Notes: a model not told the origin generated them from the letters alone. A DNA stretch of 63,978 bases, filler included, from Sandaracinaceae bacterium (GCA_947483975.1; 4 parts of 4 records of this genome joined end to end with filler, not necessarily neighbours in it); one strand, 5' to 3'; shown: positions 9,743 through 18,641, counted from the whole stretch's first letter. Numbers and translations: made by a program.

Positions 9743-10576
9743 TCAGGGCGCGCGACGCCAGCGCACGAGCTCCGCGGCGATCGCGACCGCGATCTCGTCC
9801 GGCGTGCGCGCGCCGATCTCGAGGCCCACCGGCATCTGCACGCGCGCGATCGTTCCCGCGGGGAAGCCCTTCGCCTCGAGGCGCGCCACCGTGCGCGCGC
9901 GCTTGCCGCGTGAGCCGACGCCGCCGACATAGGCGAAGCCCTCGCGCAGCGCCCACTCGATGACGTCCTGATCGAGCGTGTGATCGTGCGTCATCGCGAC
10001 GACCGCCGCCCTCCGCGGCAGCTTGCGCGCCGCCTCATCGAACGGCTCCGCGAGGCAGCGCACGCGCGGCCCGCCGATCGCCGCCCGCGCGCGCTCGATC
10101 CACACCTCGCGCTCGTCGGTCAGCGTCACCGCGAAGCCGCAGCGCCCGAGCAGCGGCGCCGTCGCTTGGCCGAGATGCCCCGCGCCGACGAGCAGCACCG
10201 GAGGCGCGCTCGCGACCGTCTCGAAGAGCACGTCGACCGTGCCGCCGCAGCACATCCCGAGCGACGCGCCGAGCTTGTACGTCTCGGTCCGCACCGTCGT
10301 CACGTCGTCGGCCGCGAGGCGCAGCGCGAGCGCTTGCAGCACCGCGCGCTCGAGCGCGCCGCCACCCACGGTGCCGACGCACGCGCCGGTGGAGGTGAGC
10401 ACGAGCTTCTGCCCCGGCGTCGCCGGCGTCGAACCGCGCCGCGCGAGCACCGTCGCGAGCACGACGACCTCGCCGGAAGCCGCCGCCTCGGACGCGACCC
10501 GCAGCACCTCTGCCGCGTCGGCGGTCAGCGGCGCGTGCACGACGTCGCGCGCGGTGTCGTCTTCCACGAGTTCCAT
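9743..10576 (-). CDS. xdhC: XdhC/CoxI family molybdenum-cofactor insertion chaperone
   Basis: RGSTP...GTVGGG.LE, GMCCGG, VGAGHLG, MTHDHTLD and PVGLEIGARTPDEIAVAIAAEL motifs. Directly upstream of xdh. Confidence 0.93.
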   Translation of the reverse strand: MELVEDDTARDVVHAPLTADAAEVLRVASEAAASGEVVVLATVLARRGSTPATPGQKLVLTSTGACVGTVGGGALERAVLQALALRLAADDVTTVRTETYKLGASLGMCCGGTVDVLFETVASAPPVLLVGAGHLGQATAPLLGRCGFAVTLTDEREVWIERARAAIGGPRVRCLAEPFDEAARKLPRRAAVVAMTHDHTLDQDVIEWALREGFAYVGGVGSRGKRARTVARLEAKGFPAGTIARVQMPVGLEIGARTPDEIAVAIAAELVRWRRAP

Positions 10577-10652
10577 GGCGCGCACCGTACCGTTTCCGTT
10601 TCCGCGGCGCGAGAACCTAGGCTCGCCGCCGACCGGCAGCTATGCTCGCGCG

Positions 10653-11510
10653 GTGTCCGCCCTGCACGTCGTGGTCGTCACCGGTCTCTCTGGCGCGGGT
10701 CGCAGCACCGCGCTGCACGTCCTCGAGGACCTCGGCTTCTTCTGCGTCGACAATCTGCCGCCGCCGGTCGTGCCGCAGATGCTCGCGACGCTCGCGCCAG
10801 AGGCCGCCATCTCGAAGGTCGCGCTCGGCATCGACGTGCGCACGGGCGCGTTCCTCGAGGCGGCCGACCAGGTCTTCAAGGATCTGACCGCGAGCGGGCA
10901 CGACGTGGAGATCCTCTTCCTCGACGCGGCCGACAGCGCCCTCGTGCAGCGCTACTCCGAGACGCGCCGCCCGCACCCGCTCGCACCGGGCGGAGACTTG
11001 CTCGCTGCGATCCAGAAGGAGCGCGAGCGCCTCGCGACCCTGCGCGCCCGCGCTCGGCACGTGATCGACACGACGCGCCTCAACGTGCACGACCTGCGGC
11101 GCTTGCTCGTCGACCTCGTCGCGCGCACCGGAGGTCGCCCTCGCATGGTCACGCGGCTCGTGTCGTTCGGCTTCAAGTACGGGCTGCCCGTCGACGCCGA
11201 CCTCGTCTTCGATCTCCGCTATCTGCCGAACCCGTACTTCGTCCCGGAGCTCCGCGCGAAGACCGGCAAGGATGCCGATGTTGCGGCGTTCGTCCTGCAG
11301 GCGCCCGAGACGAAGGAGCTGCTCGAGGACCTCGAGCGGATGCTGGTCCGGATGCTCCCGCGCTACGAGCGTGAGGGGAAGGCGTACCTGACCATCGCGA
11401 TCGGCTGCACGGGCGGGCGCCATCGCAGCGTCGCCGTCGCCGAAGAGCTCGGCAGGCGTCTCGACGGCGAGCGCGAGGTCGTCGTCGTGCACCGCGACGC
11501 GGCGCGCTGA
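10653..11510 (+). CDS. rapZ: RNase adapter RapZ (P-loop NTPase)
   Basis: VTGLSGAGRST P-loop, CVDNLP, RYSETRRPHP, SFGFKYG, LPNPYF and GCTGGRHRSV. GTG start at 10653. Confidence 0.96.
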   Translation: MSALHVVVVTGLSGAGRSTALHVLEDLGFFCVDNLPPPVVPQMLATLAPEAAISKVALGIDVRTGAFLEAADQVFKDLTASGHDVEILFLDAADSALVQRYSETRRPHPLAPGGDLLAAIQKERERLATLRARARHVIDTTRLNVHDLRRLLVDLVARTGGRPRMVTRLVSFGFKYGLPVDADLVFDLRYLPNPYFVPELRAKTGKDADVAAFVLQAPETKELLEDLERMLVRMLPRYEREGKAYLTIAIGCTGGRHRSVAVAEELGRRLDGEREVVVVHRDAAR

Positions 11511-11829
11511 GGGCACGCCGGGCTTCCCCGCGAGCCTCTCTTCGACGGCGCCCGTCAGGAGCGCCTCCGAGAGTTATTCCGCCACGGCTCTGCGTTCACT
11601 CACAACTTTTGCGTCGATGGACGCTCGCTGTTGCGCTCGCGCAAGTTTCGCGATGGGATGGCGCGCAAATGCACCCTCGAGTTACCAGTGTTGACGCCGG
11701 TGAGCTCGTCCAGAGGGGCGAGACAACCGAGCGAGACGCGCGCCGAGTGGTCTCCTCCTGCGCGCACCCCACCAAGTTCTTCTCCCAAACGTTTTCGAGC
11801 GCAGCGCATCGCTGCCAACTGGAGGTCTC

Positions 11830-14820
11830 ATGAAAGTCGGCGCCCAAGGAATTGCGCTGCTCCTGGCTTGCTTCGGTCTGTCCGTGAGCGGCTGTACCGG
11901 TGACCCGGGCAGCAGCTGCACAGTGACGGCCAACGCAGATATGACGAGCACCATCACGTGCGGTGACGGCACCACCGTGACGGTCACGAACGGTACCCCG
12001 GGCACGCCGGGCACCGACGGCGGTGGCTGCACCGTCGAGACCGCCGCTGACGGCACCAAGACCATCACGTGCGACGACGGCACGACGGCGACCGTCACGA
12101 ACGGCGACGCCGCCTCGTGCACCGTCACCACCGACGCCACCACGGGCGTGCAGACGATCACCTGCAGCGACGGTTCGACGGCCACCGTGTCCAACGGCAC
12201 GCCCGGCATGTCCTGCACGGTCACCGCTTCCGGCCCCGGCCAGGCGACGATCGCCTGCGACGACGGCACCTCTTACGTCGTCCGCGACGGCGCCACGGGC
12301 GCGAGCGGCGGCAACGTCCGCGTCACCGACTTCCACGGCGAGGCGTACCTCCTCTCGAACGGCGAGTTCGCGAACGGCGCGAAGTACTTCGCCGACGCGA
12401 CGATCACCTCCGCGACGGCTGACGCCACCGGTCTCGTCACCGTGAACTTCACGGTCGCCGACCGCGCGACGCCCCCGGCGCCCATCACCAACATCCCGTC
12501 GGTCGGCGCGGCCGTCGCGAAGCTCGTTCCGGCGGGCGCGACCGATGGGTCGAACCGCTGGGTTTCGTACATCTACACGACGGAGACCGTCGTCGGCTCG
12601 ACCTTCCCGATGGCGGCGGGCACGTCGACGCTCGAGGCCAACCGCGAGGCCAGCGGCACGACCGCGACCACGGGTCGGCTCACGAACCACGGCGACGGCT
12701 CGTACACGTATGTCTACGTGGCGAACCTCGCGACCGCGACCCTGGGCGCCGCCGCGGGCGCAGCGCTGGTCGGCTACGACCGCGCGCTCACGCACCGCGT
12801 CTACATCACGATGGGCGGCCACGCCGGCGCGACGGCCGACGCGCACTTCGACTTCGTCCCGGACGGCACGGCCGTCACCGAGACGCGCGACCTCATCCCG
12901 ACGTCGTCCTGCCAGAACTGCCACAACACGAACGAGTTCAGCGGCCACGGCGGCGACCGCCTCACGCTCGAGGGCTGCGCGGTCTGTCACTCGTCGGGCG
13001 CTGCTGACGCGCAGAGCGGCAACAGCCTCGACCTCCGCACCATGATCCACAAGATCCACGCGGGCGGCGAGCTTGCGAGCGTCCCCGGCGCGGACGGCAT
13101 CGTCTGGGACAACCCCGCGACGACGGTCAACGAGGCGGCCGACAACGGCTCCTACGCCATCTGGGGCTACCGCACGACGCGTTATTCCTGGGAGAAGGTC
13201 GGCTTCCCGGCCGTCCTCGGCAACTGCACCAAGTGCCATGAGGGTACCGGCGCGCAGGTCGACAACTGGAAGAACAACCCGTCGCGCGCGAGCTGTGGCT
13301 CGTGTCACGACACGGTGAACTTCACCACGGGCGTCGGCCACACTGGCGGCATCCGCACCAATGACAGCTCGTGCGCGGGCTGCCACGGCCCCACGGACAT
13401 CGAGGGCTACCACGACTTCATGGGTCGCGATCAGCGCAACACCCCGGAGTTCAACGCCACCGTGACGGTCAACACCCCGTCGCGCGGCTACTTCATCGCC
13501 GGTGAGGCGCCCGTCGTCACCATCGCCCTCACGGACAAGGCGACCGGGGCAGTCGTCGCCGGCACGAGCGTCGTCGAGGACACCACGGCGCGCGCCACGA
13601 ACGAGACCTGCACCTCCACGGCCTGCGCCGCCCGCAACACGTTCTTCCGCGCGGCGAACCTCTTCGTGCACGGCCCCCGCGGCCGCAACGTCCCGGTGCT
13701 GACGACCGCTGCGCGCGCGCAGATCCTCAGCACGGGCACCGGCCCGTGGACCTGGGCTGCGGTCCAGAGCTTCGTGCTCAAGCTCGACGCCGGCCGTGAC
13801 GTGCACCGCACGGACGTGACCGGCGGCGACTACCTCGCCCTGGGCACCGTCACCGTGTCCATTCCGGCAGGCACGTACACCGTCGCGCAGCTCGTCACGC
13901 TCCTCAACGCGAACGTCGCCTTCAATCGGCGCGCGATCGCGACCGACGAGGGCGGACGCCTCGGCATCCGCAGCCGCAACGTCGGCTGGATCTTCTCGGT
14001 CCAGCTCACCGCGGGCACCGTCACCACCGACGTCTTCGCCGGCGACGTGACGCCGCACCTCACCACCGGCTCCACGCCGTCCAACAACGTGTCGTCGCGC
14101 GCGGTCCCCGCGAACAACGACCCGAAGGCGACTCGCACCGCCACGAACATCACGTACCAGCTCGACCCGGTCGACGACCTCCTGTCGGGTACCTACATCG
14201 CGCAGATCGAGTTCTCGGACCGCGGCCGCCAGAGCGCCACGGACTACTGGACCCCGACGGTCGCCTTCGCGAACATCCAGGTCGGCACGGCGACCGAGGA
14301 AGCCCCCGTCGCGCGCAACTGCCAGACCTGCCACCAGTCGGACACGACCGGACTCGGCGCCGGATTGGTCGTCGACGTGTCCCGCCACAACAAGTACCTG
14401 CGTGACCTCGCCACCGACCAGTGCGGTGGCTGCCACGACCAGATGCCGCAGTTCGCCGACAGCGTCACGAGCCCCGGCTCGATCGGCTTCACGGGCTCGC
14501 GGCCCATCTCGCGGCGCGTCCACGCCATCCACTACGGGTCGAGCCTGAACTACCCGCTCGCCACGGTGGACTACTCGAACGGCGACCCGGTCGTCGGTCG
14601 CAACTGGGACATCACGCTCCCGCAGGACGTGCGTAACTGCGAGACCTGCCACACGGACACCACGAGCGGCACCTGGGCGACGCGGCCCGCGCGCCTGCCC
14701 TGCTCGGGCTGTCATGACTCGGACGCGGCCACTGGCCATATGCGCATTCAGACCTACGATCCGACGCCGACGGCCCCGTGGAGCGGTGACGAGATCGAGT
14801 CCTGCCAGACCTGTCACTGA
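11830..14820 (+). CDS. OmcA/MtrC-family decaheme c-type cytochrome lipoprotein with an N-terminal Cys-repeat stalk
   Basis: Lipobox VSG|C. Ten CxxCH motifs in a 5+5 arrangement (CQNCH, CAVCH, CTKCH, CGSCH, CAGCH / CQTCH, CGGCH, CETCH, CSGCH, CQTCH). Family motifs AKLVP..WVSYI, GDGSYTY, THRV, MIHKIH and NWKNNPSRASC. GGAGG RBS. Confidence 0.92.
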   Translation: MKVGAQGIALLLACFGLSVSGCTGDPGSSCTVTANADMTSTITCGDGTTVTVTNGTPGTPGTDGGGCTVETAADGTKTITCDDGTTATVTNGDAASCTVTTDATTGVQTITCSDGSTATVSNGTPGMSCTVTASGPGQATIACDDGTSYVVRDGATGASGGNVRVTDFHGEAYLLSNGEFANGAKYFADATITSATADATGLVTVNFTVADRATPPAPITNIPSVGAAVAKLVPAGATDGSNRWVSYIYTTETVVGSTFPMAAGTSTLEANREASGTTATTGRLTNHGDGSYTYVYVANLATATLGAAAGAALVGYDRALTHRVYITMGGHAGATADAHFDFVPDGTAVTETRDLIPTSSCQNCHNTNEFSGHGGDRLTLEGCAVCHSSGAADAQSGNSLDLRTMIHKIHAGGELASVPGADGIVWDNPATTVNEAADNGSYAIWGYRTTRYSWEKVGFPAVLGNCTKCHEGTGAQVDNWKNNPSRASCGSCHDTVNFTTGVGHTGGIRTNDSSCAGCHGPTDIEGYHDFMGRDQRNTPEFNATVTVNTPSRGYFIAGEAPVVTIALTDKATGAVVAGTSVVEDTTARATNETCTSTACAARNTFFRAANLFVHGPRGRNVPVLTTAARAQILSTGTGPWTWAAVQSFVLKLDAGRDVHRTDVTGGDYLALGTVTVSIPAGTYTVAQLVTLLNANVAFNRRAIATDEGGRLGIRSRNVGWIFSVQLTAGTVTTDVFAGDVTPHLTTGSTPSNNVSSRAVPANNDPKATRTATNITYQLDPVDDLLSGTYIAQIEFSDRGRQSATDYWTPTVAFANIQVGTATEEAPVARNCQTCHQSDTTGLGAGLVVDVSRHNKYLRDLATDQCGGCHDQMPQFADSVTSPGSIGFTGSRPISRRVHAIHYGSSLNYPLATVDYSNGDPVVGRNWDITLPQDVRNCETCHTDTTSGTWATRPARLPCSGCHDSDAATGHMRIQTYDPTPTAPWSGDEIESCQTCH
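11911..12291 (+). repeat. Four intragenic ~26-30 aa repeats, consensus SCTV-x(5-6)-GxxTITCxDGT/S
   Basis: SCTVTANADMTSTITCGDGT; GCTVETAADGTKTITCDDGT; SCTVTTDATTGVQTITCSDGS; SCTVTASGPGQATIACDDGT. Confidence 0.9.
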
Positions 14821-14848
14821 CAACTCTGGTAGCTGACTGAACCCGGAG

Positions 14849-14888
14849 ATGCTCCGGACCGCGCGAGTGGTCCGGAGCATTTTCATTT
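14849..14888 (+). terminator. Rho-independent terminator after the decaheme cytochrome gene
   Basis: Perfect 12-bp stem ATGCTCCGGACC / GGTCCGGAGCAT with an 8-nt loop, followed by TTTCATTT. Confidence 0.85.
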
Positions 14889-14937
14889 GTACGACCCGAG
14901 GCTGCGTCGCGTTTCCTATGGTAAATGAGGCCCCGTC

Positions 14938-15873
14938 ATGAATCGAACCTCGCTCCGCGTTCTCCTCCTCTGTGCCGCGCTCGCAGCGTGTTCGTCGCCG
15001 AGTCGACCGCACGAATCTCCGCCCGCCCCGGCTGGTCCCCCGGTCGTCGCGGTCGGAGGCGACGTCTTGGCGACCGTCAACGGGGTCCCGATCACGCGCG
15101 CTGACCTCGCGCTCGCGACCTCGGGCGGGGCCTCGCCGCACGGAGGTGCCGCACCACCCGCGGACGCCGTCCTTCAGCATCTCGTTCAGCAGGAGGTCCT
15201 CGCCCAGCGGGCGGTCGCCGCGCACCTCGAGCGCGACGCCGATTACGTCGAGGCGCTCGGCCCGCGCGAGGCTCAGCTCGCCGCTTGGAAGCGAGAGCAG
15301 CTCGCGAACCTGTATATCCAGTCGGAGGCGAACCGTCGTCCGGCGATCAGCGAGGCGGACGCGCGTCGCTACTACGACGCGAACGCGACGCGGATTCGCA
15401 CCGAGGTGCGCGTCTCGCAGATCCTCATGCGCGACGAAGCCCGCATCACGGAGGCGCTCACCGACCTGGGCGCTGGCATGCCTTTCGACGATGTCGCCGT
15501 GCGCCAGTTCCCGTCGGTGCCGGACGTCGCCAACAAGCCGTGGGAGCTCGCGCCGCTTCGCTGGAACCAGGTACCCGAGGCGTGGCTCCCGGCGCTCGAC
15601 GCGGTCGCCGTGGGACAGACCAGCGCCATCATCCGAGGGGCCGGAAATCGCTTCTGGATCCTCAAGGTGCTCGAGCGGCGCGAGAACCCCGAGCTCACCT
15701 TCGAGGCGAGCCGGCCGCTGATCGAGACGTTCCTGCAGGAGCAAGCGGTCGCTGGCGCGCGTGACCGGATCGACCGCGAGGCTCGCGAGTCCGCGCACAT
15801 CGTCTACGCGCAGCCGCCGAGCGCGGCTGGCAGCGCGCCCGCTGTGGCCCCGGCGCCGCCCGTCGAGCCCTAG
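14938..15873 (+). CDS. PpiC/parvulin-type peptidyl-prolyl isomerase (PrsA/SurA-like foldase lipoprotein)
   Basis: Lipobox LAA|C, SurA-like N-terminal VLATVNGVPITRADL, ISEADARRYY, VRVSQIL and a parvulin-like core. Confidence 0.8.
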   Translation: MNRTSLRVLLLCAALAACSSPSRPHESPPAPAGPPVVAVGGDVLATVNGVPITRADLALATSGGASPHGGAAPPADAVLQHLVQQEVLAQRAVAAHLERDADYVEALGPREAQLAAWKREQLANLYIQSEANRRPAISEADARRYYDANATRIRTEVRVSQILMRDEARITEALTDLGAGMPFDDVAVRQFPSVPDVANKPWELAPLRWNQVPEAWLPALDAVAVGQTSAIIRGAGNRFWILKVLERRENPELTFEASRPLIETFLQEQAVAGARDRIDREARESAHIVYAQPPSAAGSAPAVAPAPPVEP

Positions 15874-16415
15874 CGTCCGCGCGCGGCGTCGAGCAGGCGC
15901 TCGAGCTTGTTCTCGCTGGCGAACCCGGTGTAGCGCGCCACGACTCGGCCCGCCGAGTCGAGCACGACGTACGTCGGGATCGCGGGAATCGAGCCGAGCG
16001 CGCTCGCGCCGAGGAGGATGCGCGGCTCGGGCTCGTAGGTGACCGTCAGGGTGAGATCGAGCGCCTGCGCCCAAGGGCGGACCAGCTCGGCGGCGTTCGG
16101 CTGCACGGCGATCGCGAGGACGTGCGCGTCAGCGGCGTGGGCTCGCTGAAAGCGCGACAGCGGCTCGGTCGCGGCCTGCGAGGCCGCGTCGAAGGTCGCA
16201 AAGATGAAGAGCACCACGGGCTGCCCGCGCAGGTCGCCGACGTCGATGAACGCGCCCTCGGGCGTGCGCACGGCAAGCTCGACCGGCTCAGCCTCGCGCG
16301 CCGCGTGGCTCGTGCCGAGCCCGGCGTCCGCGCCCGCGCCACCGCAAGCCGCCATGGTCAGCCCGAGGAGCGCGCCGAGGAGGCCGAGCGAGCGGGCCGG
16401 GGTAGGGCGAGTCAT
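15870..16415 (-). CDS. TlpA/ResA-like thioredoxin-fold lipoprotein lacking CxxC
   Basis: MAA|C lipobox, DLRGQPVVLFIFATFDAAS (WCxxC position degenerate), cis-Pro motif IPTYVVLD..GRVV. Confidence 0.7.
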   Translation of the reverse strand: MTRPTPARSLGLLGALLGLTMAACGGAGADAGLGTSHAAREAEPVELAVRTPEGAFIDVGDLRGQPVVLFIFATFDAASQAATEPLSRFQRAHAADAHVLAIAVQPNAAELVRPWAQALDLTLTVTYEPEPRILLGASALGSIPAIPTYVVLDSAGRVVARYTGFASENKLERLLDAARGR

Positions 16416-17764
16416 CGAGGGGCATTCTTCCTCTGCCGGGCGGCCGCCTGCAACGCAGCCCTGTGGGCGGCTCGCGCTCGGCGCACCCAGAGCCACGCGA
16501 GGACCGCCACGACGAGCAGCGCGGCGAGCCCCGGCGCGAAGCGCATCAGCCACTCGACGAGCCCGATGGGCATCTTCACGACGCGCCCGCGCCCCCCGCC
16601 CGGGCCCCCGACGCACGTCCACGGGCCGCCCTTCACGAACGCGCAGGCGTCGAGCACGCTGCCGTCCTCGCGGATCGCCGTGACCGCGACGCGCGCGCCC
16701 TCGACGACCACGCGCACGAAGTGATGCGAGGGCTCGAACGCGAGCTGATACGGCTGCTCGTGATTGGTCATGTAGAGCGGCGCTCCGGCCCCGCCCGTCA
16801 GCAGATACTTGAGGCCGTCAGCGTCGCCGCGCTCGTAGGTGTGGTCGTGGCCCTCGAACAGCAGCTCCACGCCGGCGTCGCGCAGCAGTTGCTCGACGTC
16901 GGTCCCGGCGACGGCATCGTTCGGCCCGTGCGGACCGCTCGAGAACGGCCCGTGGTGGATCGACACGAAGAGATGCGTCGGCGCGCTCGGCTCGTGCGCG
17001 CGTCGGGCTTCGCCCTCGAGCCAGCGGCGCTGCGGCGAGCCGCGCTCGAGTGACTGGTTCGAGTCGAGCACGAGGACGCGCACGGGGCCGTAGTCGAAGA
17101 CGTAGAACGCCTCGTCGCCCGGCCCCGCGGGCGTGCGCATGAAGTGCTGGTAGAGAGGCAGTCCCGCCGCGGACGCGCGCAGCTCGTGGTTGCCGAGCGT
17201 CGGGAACACCGGCAGCTCTGCATAGAGCGCGTGCGTGGTGTCGAAGAGCTCCTGCCAGTCCGCCGGGTCGCGGCCGTCGGCGACCATGTCACCCGTGTGC
17301 AGCACGAAGTCGGCGCCCTCTTCGCCCATGCCGCGCAGCAAGCGCGCGTGCGCGGCCGTGTCCGTGCGCGCGTCTCCGTAGGCGAGAAAGCGCGCGCTCG
17401 TCGTCGAGCCCGGGAGCGGGGCGGTCACGAAGGTCCCGCGCCCGCCGCTCGCGCCGTCGGCCAGCACCTCGTAGCTGTAGCGCGTGCTCGGCGTGAGCCC
17501 GCGCAGCACGACCTCGTGCCAGCGCGCTGCGTCGGATTCTGTGCGCTCCTCCCTGCCTGCGCCGTCTCGCGCGATGACGACGGCGGGCGCCACCGCGTCG
17601 AGCGCGAAGAGCACCGCGATCGAGTCGGGGCGCACGTCCATCAGGTACGGCCCCTCGACGAAGCGCGGCGCGGCGCGCGCGAACGTCGGCGCCACCGAAA
17701 GCGCCATGATGGCGAGCGCGACCGCGAGAGCGGTGCGCCGAGAGCACTCCTTGAGACACGCCAT
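16412..17764 (-). CDS. Exported calcineurin-like metallophosphoesterase with FN3-like N-domain and C-terminal membrane anchor
   Basis: Signal peptide, GPYL...LRGLTPSTRYSYEV domain, motifs YGD, HTGDMV, LGNHE, HHGP and GHDHTYER, then a C-terminal hydrophobic helix with a basic tail. Confidence 0.85.
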   Translation of the reverse strand: MACLKECSRRTALAVALAIMALSVAPTFARAAPRFVEGPYLMDVRPDSIAVLFALDAVAPAVVIARDGAGREERTESDAARWHEVVLRGLTPSTRYSYEVLADGASGGRGTFVTAPLPGSTTSARFLAYGDARTDTAAHARLLRGMGEEGADFVLHTGDMVADGRDPADWQELFDTTHALYAELPVFPTLGNHELRASAAGLPLYQHFMRTPAGPGDEAFYVFDYGPVRVLVLDSNQSLERGSPQRRWLEGEARRAHEPSAPTHLFVSIHHGPFSSGPHGPNDAVAGTDVEQLLRDAGVELLFEGHDHTYERGDADGLKYLLTGGAGAPLYMTNHEQPYQLAFEPSHHFVRVVVEGARVAVTAIREDGSVLDACAFVKGGPWTCVGGPGGGRGRVVKMPIGLVEWLMRFAPGLAALLVVAVLAWLWVRRARAAHRAALQAAARQRKNAPR

Positions 17765-17786
17765 CGCGCCCTCTATAACGCGGAAC

Positions 17787-18641
17787 GTGCCGCCGCTCAT
17801 GCCACGACTGGCGCGCGTTCGAGCGCGGCTCGACGCGCTCGTCGCCGCGCACGACGTCGGAGACAGCCTCGCCGCCGATCCGCTCGAGCTCGTGCGGAGC
17901 GCCGCGCCAGAGGACCAGGAGATCGTCGCGCTCCTCGCCGCGACCCTCGCGTTCGGCCAGGTGAAGACCATCCGCGCGAGCCTACGGCGCGTGCTCGACG
18001 CGCTCGGACCCACGCCGACGCGCACGCTGCGCGCCGAGGACGAGCCCGCGCTCGCGGCGCGCCTCGAGGGCTTCGTGCATCGCGTCTACAAGGGGCGTGA
18101 TGTCGCGCGGATGCTCGCGAACGCCGGCGCGCTGCTCCGCGCGCACGGCACGCTCGGCGCGTTCTTCGCGGCCAAGTACGCCGCGCACCAGGATCTCCGC
18201 GAGGCCCTCGCGCTCCTCGCCGACGAGCTACGCGCGGGGCCGACCCCGAGCCGCGGCCTCGCGCATCTGGTACCCGATCCGCGCAAGGGCAGCGCGAGCA
18301 AGCGCCTGCTCCTCTGGCTGCGCTGGATGGTGCGCCCCGCGGACGGCGTCGACCTCGGCCTGTGGGATGTGCCCGCCTCGGCGCTGGTCATCCCGGTCGA
18401 CACGCACATCCAGCGCATCGCGCAGAACCTCGGCCTCACGCGCCGTACGGACGCCTCGTGGCGCACCGCCGAGGAGATCACCGCGGCGCTCCGCCGCTTC
18501 GATGCGGCCGACCCGGTGAAGTACGACTTCGCGCTCTGTCATCTCGGCGTCTCCGGCAGCTGCCCGAGTCGCCGCGACCCCGTGAAGTGTGCGTCCTGCC
18601 GCGTGCGCGAGGTGTGCCTGCATTGGACCCCGCGCCGCTGA
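17787..18641 (+). CDS. TIGR02757/DUF2400 family protein (HhH-GPD-like) with C-terminal Cys cluster
   Basis: DPLEL..DQEIVALLAA.LAFG, SASKRLLLWLRWMVRP.DGVDLGLW, IPVDTH, DPVKYDFALCH and CX8CX2CX5C. Start is GTG 17787 or ATG 17799. Confidence 0.88.
   Translation: MPPLMPRLARVRARLDALVAAHDVGDSLAADPLELVRSAAPEDQEIVALLAATLAFGQVKTIRASLRRVLDALGPTPTRTLRAEDEPALAARLEGFVHRVYKGRDVARMLANAGALLRAHGTLGAFFAAKYAAHQDLREALALLADELRAGPTPSRGLAHLVPDPRKGSASKRLLLWLRWMVRPADGVDLGLWDVPASALVIPVDTHIQRIAQNLGLTRRTDASWRTAEEITAALRRFDAADPVKYDFALCHLGVSGSCPSRRDPVKCASCRVREVCLHWTPRR

Noticed and set aside
11589..11704. Sigma54, FNR or CRP sites upstream of the decaheme gene
   Set aside because: TGGCGCGCAAATGCA has 9 rather than 10 nt between GG and GC. 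TTGAC-N4-GTGAG and TCTGC-N6-TCACA each match only one half-site.
11596..16074. Very long antisense or alternate-frame ORFs (e.g. 11596-16074 -, 30437-34120 +, 48658-51966 -, 57093-62312 +)
   Set aside because: Shadow ORFs caused by high GC3 codon bias. They are Arg/Ala-rich, carry no motifs and overlap well-supported genes.
16412..17764. Purple acid phosphatase call
   Set aside because: The Tyr of the GDxxY motif is absent (GDMVA), so it is kept as a generic metallophosphoesterase.
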